Assembly: GCA_900315785.1 (NCBI GenBank)
Contig: ONAL01000010.1
Location: 4,437-68,436, forward strand
DNA length: 64,000 nucleotides
Origin: an uncultured Eubacteriales bacterium
Lineage (GTDB): Bacteria; Bacillota; Clostridia; Oscillospirales; Acutalibacteraceae
Direction: 5' to 3'
The notes under the pieces were generated by a model, which had not been told where the DNA came from, made no database searches, and saw nothing but the letters and a program-made list of their open reading frames with translations. A program made the position numbers and the translations under genes. Position 1 is the first letter of the stretch. Each line of letters begins with the position of its first letter. Shown here piece after piece: positions 45,765 to 54,339 of this stretch.

Positions 45765-47297
45765 ATGGAAACAGCTACTGTAAAAATCCGATATTTCAGC
45801 GGTTACATCCGCAACTGGAGAAGCCTTTGCTCCGAGCTGGGCGTAAATCCCGAGCTCAACCGTGAGCAGCGCGAGGAGGAAATCCTCAAGGCGGCGTTCT
45901 CAAAGTGGCGTATGGAGATGATGAGCCGCATCTACGGAATGTTCGCAATCGCGATTTTTGACGAGGCAGAAAACAAGCTTTATATCGTGAGAGACCAGGT
46001 CGGTCAGAAGCAGATGTTCTACGCGGTTGTCGGCGGCGAGCTGCTCTGCTCGGGTGATATCGACGCAATTGTGTCCGATTCTCGCTTTGAAAAACGTCTT
46101 AACAAGCGTATGCTTCAGCAGTATCTGTTCTACGGCTATCCCATAGGCGACGAGACCTTCTACGAGGGCATTTTCAAGCTTATGCCCGGCCATTATGCAG
46201 TCTGGGACGGAAAGGAAGTCAGCGTTAACCGCTACTTTATGCCCCTTTTCAAGCCCGACAAATCCAAGTCTGTTGACGAATATGCCGAGAAAATCAGAGC
46301 CACAGTCGAGGAAATCCTCTCCGAGGAAAAGGGCGACAGCGAGTTCCCGTACAAGGAATCCTTCCTTTCGGGCGGCGTAGATTCCTCATATCTGCTCGCG
46401 GCGAGCGACGCAGTCGCCGCGAACACCGTCGGCTACGGCGAAGAGGGCTTCGACGAGTCCTCGCTTGCGCGTCAGACCGCGGATATTCTCGGCAAGGGCT
46501 TCAACGTAAAGACAATTACTCCCGAGGAGTATTTCGAGAGACTCCCCGAGGTTATCGATAAAATGGGTCAGCCGCTCGGCGACGCTTCGGCGGTCGCTTT
46601 CTCAATCGGCTGCAAGGCTGTGCGCGAGCACGCAAAGGTCGTTTATTCGGGAGAGGGTATCGACGAATTCTTCGGCGGCTACAACGCTCACAAGCGCCAC
46701 ATTCCCGCCGAATGGACATACCTCACCTGTTCGCACATTATGTCGGGCGACGTTGTAAAGAGCCTTATGCGTGACTTTGACGAGACCGTCAAGCCCGAGG
46801 ACCCTGTAAAGGAGCTCTGGGACGCCGTAAAGGGCGACGACGAGCTCGCTCAGAAGCTCACCGTAGACATTTCCCTTTGGCTTGAGGGCGACATCTACCT
46901 CAACACCGACCGCACCTCGACAGCCTGCGGCGTGGAGCTTCACACTCCGTTCAGCGACCTGAGACTTTTCAACGTCGCGGCGAAAATCCCCGCAGAGTAC
47001 AAGTTTATGAACGACCAGAACAAGTACGCCTTCCGCAAGGCGGCAAGCTCTCTGCTACCCGACGAGGTCGCCTTCCGCAAAAAGGTCGGCTTCCCTGTTC
47101 CCGTAAGGTGCTGGCTCGGCGACAGCCGCTACAACGGCGATGTCGAAAAGCGTCTCTTCTCCGAAACGTCCAAAAAATTCTTCAACGAGGACGCGATAAA
47201 GGAGCTCTGGACAAGCTTCACGGGCGGCGAGGCTCTGCTCTGGAACCGCGTTTACGCACTCTATGCTTTCCTGCTCTGGTACGACTTAAAATTCTGA
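45765..47297 (+). CDS. asparagine synthase (AsnB)-family protein lacking the N-terminal glutaminase nucleophile
   Basis: PP-loop FLSGGVDSS, AsnB-like GMFAIAIFD..LYIVRDQVGQK; begins METATVKIRYFSGYIRNW, so there is no MCG start and about 45 N-terminal residues are missing relative to canonical AsnB. Confidence 0.75.
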   Translation: METATVKIRYFSGYIRNWRSLCSELGVNPELNREQREEEILKAAFSKWRMEMMSRIYGMFAIAIFDEAENKLYIVRDQVGQKQMFYAVVGGELLCSGDIDAIVSDSRFEKRLNKRMLQQYLFYGYPIGDETFYEGIFKLMPGHYAVWDGKEVSVNRYFMPLFKPDKSKSVDEYAEKIRATVEEILSEEKGDSEFPYKESFLSGGVDSSYLLAASDAVAANTVGYGEEGFDESSLARQTADILGKGFNVKTITPEEYFERLPEVIDKMGQPLGDASAVAFSIGCKAVREHAKVVYSGEGIDEFFGGYNAHKRHIPAEWTYLTCSHIMSGDVVKSLMRDFDETVKPEDPVKELWDAVKGDDELAQKLTVDISLWLEGDIYLNTDRTSTACGVELHTPFSDLRLFNVAAKIPAEYKFMNDQNKYAFRKAASSLLPDEVAFRKKVGFPVPVRCWLGDSRYNGDVEKRLFSETSKKFFNEDAIKELWTSFTGGEALLWNRVYALYAFLLWYDLKF

Positions 47298-47347
47298 TAA
47301 TAATTCCCACAACGGGGCGGTTAATCCGCAATATCATTTAGTTAAGA

Positions 47348-47387
47348 AACAAGACACTCACGAAAAGTGGGTGCCTTGTTTTTTTTG
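47348..47387 (+). terminator. rho-independent terminator
   Basis: AACAAGACACTCAC-gaaaa-GTGGGTGCCTTGTT followed by T8. Confidence 0.8.
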
Positions 47388-47503
47388 AAACAATTTTAAG
47401 AAATTTTTAATAAAAGGCTTGACAAAATAGTATTATAATGGTAAATTTTTGGATTTACAGGATATTTTATTATGCCTTACGGCATATGAAAGGAAGTTTT
47501 GAA

Positions 47504-50500
47504 ATGAACAAAATCATCTCTGTGCTGCTGTGCGTTGTGATGATAACGACCGCGGTTATCTGCGCGGTTCCGTCAGCCACGGCGTACAACCAGAAAACTC
47601 CGCTTGAGAATGCAAGCGACTTTTCGTGGGATAACGCTTCGGTCTATTTCCTTCTGACCGACCGTTTCCAGAACGGAAACACCTCAAACGACCATTCCTA
47701 CGGTCGTGCGCTTGACGCGAGCGGTCAGCCGATTTCGGGCTGGAACACCTCTCCGGGTACATTCCACGGCGGCGACTTCGCGGGTATTACCCAGAAAATC
47801 AACGAGGGCTACTTTAATGACCTCGGCGTAAACGCAATCTGGATTTCCGCTCCTTACGAGCAGATTCATGGCTACGTTACCCCGGGCGGCAGCAACGACT
47901 TTGCCCACTATTCCTACCACGGCTACTATGTTCTCGACTACACCGAGACCGACGCGAACTTCGGTACAAAAGAGGAGTTCCGTACAATGGTAGACACAGC
48001 TCATAAGAACGGTATCCGTGTTATAATGGACGTTGTTATGAACCACGCGGGCTACAACACCTTAAAATGTTCCAGTACAACTTCGGTACCTTCAAGGACA
48101 GGGACGCGGCTCAGTCCTACCTTTACAAGATTACGGGCGTAAACGACCTTCACAGCACCGTAAACTATGATGGGACCGCAGCTGACTGGGGTCGCTGGTG
48201 GGGCGCAGACTGGGTGCGTTCGGGACTTCCCGGCTATGCCGAAGGCTCGGGCAGCGACGAAATGCAGTGTCTTGCGGGACTTCCCGACTTCAAGACAGAG
48301 CAGACCCAGAGCGTGTCGATTCCTCCGATTCTCCAGACAAAATGGAACGCTGAGGGAACCTATTCGCAGAAGGTATCCAAGTACGGTTCCTCAGACACGG
48401 TTTCAAACTATATCGTAAAATGGCTTTCCGAGTGGGTTTCTCAGTACGGCGTTGACGGCTTCCGCTGCGATACCGCAAAGCACGTTGAGAAGTCTTCATG
48501 GAAAAAGCTCAAGGAGTCATGTTCCGCGGCTCTCAAGCAGTGGCGTACAAACCACCCCTCAAGCTACGGCGCTGAATGGACAGACGACTTCTGGATGACA
48601 GGCGAGCATTGGGACCACAAGCTCGGCTACGATTCCTACTACACCGAGGGCGGCTTTGACTCGATGATTAACTTTGATTTCTCGGGCTCAGGCGTTCCCG
48701 CTGCGGGCAGCATTAACGGCGTTTATCAGAGATACGCCGACACAATCAACAATCAGGCGGGCTTCAACGCTCTCACCTATATTTCTTCTCACGACTCCAA
48801 CCTCGCGCGCGGTGACCTCATCTATCAGGGCTCGGCGTTCCAGCTCCTGCCGGGCGCGATACAGATATTCTACGGCGACGAAACCAACCGACCGACTGTC
48901 GCGGGAATGGGCTTTGACGGTCACGGCGGCAGCGGACATTCGCTGCGTTCCGATATGAACTGGACGACGGCTGACCAGAGCATACTTAAACACTGGCAAA
49001 AGGTCGGAAAATTCCGAAGCAATCACGTCGCGGTCGGCGCTGGTGACCACCAGCAGATTTCCGCGTATTCAGCCGATACGGGCTACACCTTCTCTCGAAG
49101 CTACGATAACGGCGAAATGAGCGACGGTATCATCGCGGTAATCTCGGCTCCCGCAAACAAGACAATCGATGTCAGCGTTTCCTCGATGTGGGGCAACGGA
49201 GTTACACTTACCAATGCTTACGACGGCACAACCGCAGTTGTTCAGGGCGGCAAGGCGCGCTTCAACTCAGGTCCCAACGGCACAATCCTTATCGAAGGAC
49301 CTCAGTCCTCAATCCGTATGAGCCTCAAGGGCGCGTACTCCTTCTATAACAGCGAAACCGTAACCGTTTCGCTCAGAGGCGCGGACTACGCTATGGCGAG
49401 CGTCAACGGCGGCGCCGAGTTCAGAGTCGTTGACGGACAGACCTTCACTATCGGTGAAAACGTCGGCGTCGGCGAGATTTTCGAGGTAACGCTCAAGGCT
49501 TCCAACGCAGAGGATACGCTCGAAAAATCCTATTCCTTCAAGAAGAAGGACCCCGACGCGGTAATAAGTGTTTACTTTGACAACACGGATTTCAGATGGA
49601 CAACCGTAAACGCATACATTTACGACGAGAGCACGGGCGAGGTTCTCAAAAACGGCGCTTGGCCTGGAAAACCGATGACCTACGATTCGTCCCTCGGCTA
49701 CTACGTCTACGAGGTTGAGGATGAGCTCACAAACGGACGCGTAATCTTCAACGGCGGAGGCGACGCCAACAAGTATCCCACAGGCGCAAACGCACCGGGA
49801 CTTGAAATCGGCGAGACCAATATGGTTCTTATGGCAGGCAACCAGTGGGTTCCCTACACGGGACAGGTTCCTCAGAAGCCTACAGAGCCCGACCCGTCGG
49901 AAACTACCACTGTTTTCTTTGACAATACTTCCTCAAAATTCGCTATTCCCTGCGTTTACTGCTGGAGAGACAGCGACAAAAAGGAGCTCGCGGCTTGGCC
50001 TGGAACTCCCATGACAAAGTATAAGGACAACATCTACACAGCTTCTTTCCCGAAGATTTACGACAGATGTATCTTCAGCGACAACAAGGCAAACAAGACG
50101 GGCGACCTCACTATCCCCGGTACAAACCAGATTTTCAACGGTACAAGCTGGTCGGCATACACGGTTGCAACTCAGCCGACAAATCCCTCGGCACCGACAG
50201 GCGCGAGCGAGACTGTAACCTACTTGTACGGCGACGCCGACTGCAACGGTACGGTTAACATCAACGACGTTACCTGGATTCAGATGGCGCTTGCCCGCTA
50301 TTTTACTAACGGCGAGTTCACCGAGCTCGGTCAGATTCTCGCGGATGTAGACGGCGTCAAGGGCGTTTCTATCGGCGACGCTAACGCGATTCAGTGCTCT
50401 CTCGCAAATATTGTGAGCCAGAAGGGCAAGACGGGCGAAATCTATACTCAGACGGTAACTCCGTCCAATCCCGAAAATCCGACAACTCCGTCGAGCCCGA

Positions 50501-50810
50501 CACAGCCTCAAGCTCCGATTCAACTGACCCGACTGTCGCTCCCGCGAAGAACACGGTTTACTACAAGAACGTCAACAACTGGAACCCTGTTCACGCGTAT
50601 TTCTGGTCGGATACAAACGAGCATATGATGGAGTGGTCGGGTATCCCGATGACCCTCGTCAGCGGCAACATCTTCTCGATTGAGGTTCCCGAAGGCGCAA
50701 CGATGGTTATCTTCACTCAGGGCGACTGGAGAACCCAGACCGCCAACATCCAGCTCGCGGGTCCGAATAAAATCTACGAGGACAACACCTGGAAGGACTA
50801 CACAGGCTGA
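47504..50810 (+). pseudogene. secreted GH13 alpha-amylase with starch-binding-like modules and a dockerin; frame broken twice
   Basis: Signal peptide; GH13 regions DVVMNHAG, GFRCDTAKH, MTGEHW, ISSHDS; three W-P-G modules; shift 1 at the A4 run 48064-48067 (A5 would give NTLKMFQYNFG); shift 2 near 50490-50512; 3307 nt becomes 1103 codons with two bases added. Confidence 0.8.
50227..50415 (+). other. type I dockerin module within the amylase
   Basis: Two Ca-binding repeats: GDADCNGTVNINDVTWIQ and ADVDGVKGVSIGDANAIQ. Confidence 0.8.
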
Positions 50811-50828
50811 AACCGAATATAAATGAAT

Positions 50829-50865
50829 TAACCCTCAGAGTTTCCTCTGAGGGTTAGCTTTTGTC
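50829..50865. terminator. bidirectional terminator between amylase and murE
   Basis: TAACCCTCAGAG-tttc-CTCTGAGGGTTA followed by GCTTTTGT. Confidence 0.85.
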
Positions 50866-50870
50866 TGAAA

Positions 50871-52328
50871 TTATTTCTCTTCAAGGATTTCCTTAATCAG
50901 CTCGCGCTCGTCCATATGGTACTTGACGCCCTTGATTTCCTGATAATCCTCGTGACCCTTGCCCGCCAGAACAATGATATCGCCGTCCTGAGCGTTCTCG
51001 ATACAGTAGCGGATAGCGTCCTTGCGGTTTGGAACCACAACGTACTTGCCGTCGGTCTTTGCGAGACCCGTCTTGATGTCCTCGATGATGTCCATAACAT
51101 CCTCAAAACGGCTGTTGTCCTCGGTGATAACGCTGAGGTCGGAGAGCCTGCCGCTCGTTTCGCCCATCTCATATCGGCGAACCTTGGGTCTGTTTCCGCC
51201 TGCTCCGAAGAGCGTGATAAGGCGGTTGGGCTTGTACTGTCTGAGGGTTGTGAGCACGTTCTCCATAGAAAGCGCGTTGTGAGCGTAGTCAATGAGCAGC
51301 GTGTAGTTGCCGTTTACGGGGACGATTTCAACTCTGCCCTTTACCGCAACTGTGCGCAGACCCTCGAGAATATCCTCGTCGCTGATTCCCATATCGATAC
51401 ACACCGCGATAGCCGCCAGCGCGTTATACGCGCTGAAATGACCGGGAATTGAAACGACGGGGGAGAAATCGCGCTTGCCGCTGAGTCTGAACTTAACTCC
51501 GAGGAAACCAGCCTTCGAGAGCAGCTCGTCGTCCGAGGCTCTCAGCTCGCTTTTTTCGTCAAAACCGAAGGTTTCGATTTTGCACGTCGCGTCCTTTGTG
51601 ATTTCGCTCCACTTCTCGTCGTCGCGGTTGATGATTCCGACCTTGCACTTTTTGAAGAGCATAGCCTTGCACGCGAGATACTCGTCCATATCCTTGTGCT
51701 CAACGCCGCCTATGTGGTCGTGCGAGAAGTTGGTGAAGATACCGTAGTCAAAGTCAATCGCGTCAACTCTGTGCCATTTAAGACCGATAGACGACGCCTC
51801 AATAATCATCGCCTTGCAGCCGCTGTCGACCATTTCGCGCATTGCCTTCTGGATTTCGTAGCTTTCGGGCGTGGTGTTGTCGGTTTTGATGAGCTTGTCG
51901 CCGATGATGATGCCGAGCGTTCCGACGGTGCCCACCTTGATTCCCGCAACCTCGAGGATTCGCTTAATCATCGCGACGGTTGTGGTCTTGCCCTTTGTGC
52001 CCGTGATTGCGATTGTGGTGAGCTCCTTTGCGGGATTTCCGAAGAACTCGGCGCTGATGTGCGCGAGCGCCTCTCTCGTGTCGTCAACCTTAATTATTGC
52101 CGCGTCGCCGTTTATCTCGACGTCGTCGCTCACAACAAGCGCCGCCGCGCCGCTGTCCACAGCGCTCTGAGCGTACTTGTGACCGTCCGCGTTGTATCCC
52201 TTGAGGCACACAAAGAGCGAGCCCTTTTCGACCTTTCTGGAGTCGTAGGCGACCGAGCGGATATCGATATTGGTGTCGCCCGAGACTGCCTCGTGTTTAA
52301 TATTTTTGAAAATTTCGGATAAAATCAT
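50871..52328 (-). CDS. murE: UDP-N-acetylmuramoyl-L-alanyl-D-glutamate--diamino acid ligase
   Basis: Mur ligase P-loop GTKGKTT; ATG 52328 follows GAAGGTG (the upstream GTG lies inside that RBS); the DNPR specificity position reads DNSR, so DAP versus Lys is unresolved. Confidence 0.9.
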   Translation of the reverse strand: MILSEIFKNIKHEAVSGDTNIDIRSVAYDSRKVEKGSLFVCLKGYNADGHKYAQSAVDSGAAALVVSDDVEINGDAAIIKVDDTREALAHISAEFFGNPAKELTTIAITGTKGKTTTVAMIKRILEVAGIKVGTVGTLGIIIGDKLIKTDNTTPESYEIQKAMREMVDSGCKAMIIEASSIGLKWHRVDAIDFDYGIFTNFSHDHIGGVEHKDMDEYLACKAMLFKKCKVGIINRDDEKWSEITKDATCKIETFGFDEKSELRASDDELLSKAGFLGVKFRLSGKRDFSPVVSIPGHFSAYNALAAIAVCIDMGISDEDILEGLRTVAVKGRVEIVPVNGNYTLLIDYAHNALSMENVLTTLRQYKPNRLITLFGAGGNRPKVRRYEMGETSGRLSDLSVITEDNSRFEDVMDIIEDIKTGLAKTDGKYVVVPNRKDAIRYCIENAQDGDIIVLAGKGHEDYQEIKGVKYHMDERELIKEILEEK

Positions 52329-52425
52329 AAAAATCACCTTCTATAATCTATGTGATAATTATAACAATATAGTAGAGAAAAGGCAAGAGAAAAGATGATA
52401 AATCGCATAGCTCTGCGCTTTGCGG

Positions 52426-52632
52426 TAAAATTGCACAAATAAAACAAAAAGCGGTCTGATTTTAGCTGTTTTGACCTCTGTCGATTGGCTTGGTTTGGGC
52501 GAAAAGTCTATAATTTTAAATTAGTAATAGGTAAATTGCACAAAAGTCATATGTGCGTTTTCAACATAAATAAATACGCAAAATTGTGCAATCCTACAAA
52601 AGACTGAATTTTCGATGTCATAATGCACAAAT
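52426..52632. promoter_or_regulatory. cluster of four TTGCACAA / TTGTGCAA motifs (candidate operator sites) upstream of the ABC operon
   Basis: GGTAAAATTGCACAAA (52431-38 core), GGTAAATTGCACAAA (52536-43), inverted TTGTGCAATCC (52584-91), ATGCACAA (52623-30). Confidence 0.4.
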
Positions 52633-52813
52633 ATCTGTATCTGATTTGATATTTTAGACAAAAAGTACAAAGGGAGTTGTATTTTTATGCTAAATTGTGG
52701 TATTATTTATGTAGTGATATGGTGCCGTAGTCCCCGATAAAGCGGCGCTCCACTAGGCGCTTGGTAAAAGTGCCGAGAATACATATTTATTTTTCAGAAA
52801 GAAGGAATTCACA

Positions 52814-54166
52814 ATGAAAAAAATCGTTGCGCTGTTATTGGCAGCAATGATGATGGTTGCTGTTTTCGCTTCATGCGGCGGCGACAATGGCGGCAGCTCC
52901 AGCTCTAAGGGTTCGGGCAGCGGCTCCGACACACAGAAGTATGAGAACGCCGGTAAGGGCTTCGATGCTAACGTAGCAGACGCTGACTTCGGCGACGAGA
53001 AGGACGCTACACTCAAGGTATGGGGTCCTGACGAGTACACTACTCTTCTCACAGAGCAGTGCGAAGCTTTCAAGAAGAAGTTCCCCGGTAAGGTTAAGAA
53101 GATCGAAGTAGTTGTTCAGTCTGAGTCTGACTCCGCTACAATGATGCAGAACGACCCGAAGGCGGGCGCTGATGTATTCGGCTTCGCTTCCGACCAGTTC
53201 ACAAACCTCACAAACGCTAAGATCTTAGCTCCCGTAAACGCTAAGTATGCTGCTGACGTAGAGGCTACCAACAACAAGGCTGCTGTTGATATCTCCAAGG
53301 CTAAGAACTCCGCTACAGGTCAGGACGCTCTCTATGCGTTCCCCGAGACAGGTAACGGCTACTTCCTCGTTTACGATAAGAGAGTTATCAAGGACGAAGA
53401 CGCCAAGACATTTGAGGGCCTCTTAGCTGCTTGTAAGAAGGCAGGCAAGAAGTTCATCATGGACGTTGGTAACGGCTACTATGCTTGTATGTTCGCATTC
53501 ACAGGCGGACTTTCACTCGAGGGTCTCGACAAGGACGGCAACCAGCTCTTCAACGACTACAACAAGGACGACGTTGTTGCTTCCTTAAAGGCTTTCTCCA
53601 AGCTCATGCATGACTACAAGGGCACATTTATGACAGACGCTACAGCTGCTATTCCCTCCGGCTTCACATCAACTGCTACAAGACCCACAAAGGTTGGCGC
53701 AGGTATCGATGGTAACTGGGATACTTCCGGTATCAAGAAGGCTTTAGGCGAAGAGAACTTCGGCGCTGCCAAGATCCCGACAATCAACATCGACGGTAAG
53801 GACACTCAGGTTGTTTCCATGTACGGCTACAAGATGGTAGGCGTTAACGCTAACTCCAAGTTCCCGAGAACTGCTCAGATTCTTGCTTACTACCTCGCTT
53901 CCGAGGAGTGCCAGAATCAGAGAGCTGAGAAGCTCGGCTGGAGCCCGACAAACAACGCAGTTGTTGACTCCGACACAGTAAAGAACGACGTAGCTATCTC
54001 CGCACTTCTTGCGCAGAGCGAGTTCTCCGTTCCTCAGGCTAACGTTGGTTCCATCTGGGATCCCTTCAAGGCTATGGGTAACACACTTATCGCTGACGAG
54101 ACCAACCCCGACACCTACGATTTCGCTGGTCTCCTCGACAAGACAATTAAGAACATCAACTCTTAA
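52814..54166 (+). CDS. sugar ABC transporter substrate-binding lipoprotein (maltodextrin/MalE-like)
   Basis: Lipobox VFASC; family-1 solute-binding protein features; followed by two permeases and a GH13. Confidence 0.8.
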   Translation: MKKIVALLLAAMMMVAVFASCGGDNGGSSSSKGSGSGSDTQKYENAGKGFDANVADADFGDEKDATLKVWGPDEYTTLLTEQCEAFKKKFPGKVKKIEVVVQSESDSATMMQNDPKAGADVFGFASDQFTNLTNAKILAPVNAKYAADVEATNNKAAVDISKAKNSATGQDALYAFPETGNGYFLVYDKRVIKDEDAKTFEGLLAACKKAGKKFIMDVGNGYYACMFAFTGGLSLEGLDKDGNQLFNDYNKDDVVASLKAFSKLMHDYKGTFMTDATAAIPSGFTSTATRPTKVGAGIDGNWDTSGIKKALGEENFGAAKIPTINIDGKDTQVVSMYGYKMVGVNANSKFPRTAQILAYYLASEECQNQRAEKLGWSPTNNAVVDSDTVKNDVAISALLAQSEFSVPQANVGSIWDPFKAMGNTLIADETNPDTYDFAGLLDKTIKNINS

Positions 54167-54184
54167 TTATTAACTGAAATTAAC

Positions 54185-54210
54185 GGGCGGCCCGAACATT
54201 CGGGCTGCCC
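54185..54210 (+). other. GC-rich intercistronic hairpin after the binding-protein gene
   Basis: GGGCGGCCCGAA-ca-TTCGGGCTGCCC, no U tract. Confidence 0.6.
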
Positions 54211-54260
54211 TGATCCCGTAAGGGAGCTACGTTATCATGTAGTTTTAAAAATTGTTTAGC

Positions 54261-54314
54261 TTAAATAATAATTTTTAAAACGAGGGGAACAGGATAACGA
54301 AAATTATTATTTAA
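54261..54314 (+). other. perfect 15-bp AT-only inverted repeat between binding-protein and permease genes
   Basis: TTAAATAATAATTTT, 24 nt, AAAATTATTATTTAA. Confidence 0.8.
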
Positions 54315-54339
54315 ACTAATCAAAAGGGAGAGTGATTTG

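Noticed and set aside
40393-47297. The idea that the two leader-like small peptides and the AsnB homologue (lasso cyclases are AsnB homologues) form a lasso-peptide cluster
   Set aside because: They are about 5 kb apart, separated by glucokinase, rplM-rpsI and the islet, and sit in separate transcription units. No leader protease (B protein), RRE or exporter is present. The link rests only on family-level analogy.
47419-47439. TTGACA and TATAAT hexamers upstream of the amylase gene
   Set aside because: The spacer is only 9 nt, so they cannot act together as a sigma-A promoter. An alternative TTGACA-17-TAAATT reading is possible but weak, so no promoter was called.
31455-50810. Programmed ribosomal frameshifting as an explanation for the five frame breaks
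   Set aside because: There are no slippery heptamers or downstream stimulatory structures at the sites. The affected gene families are not known to use recoding, and two genes would need two events each.
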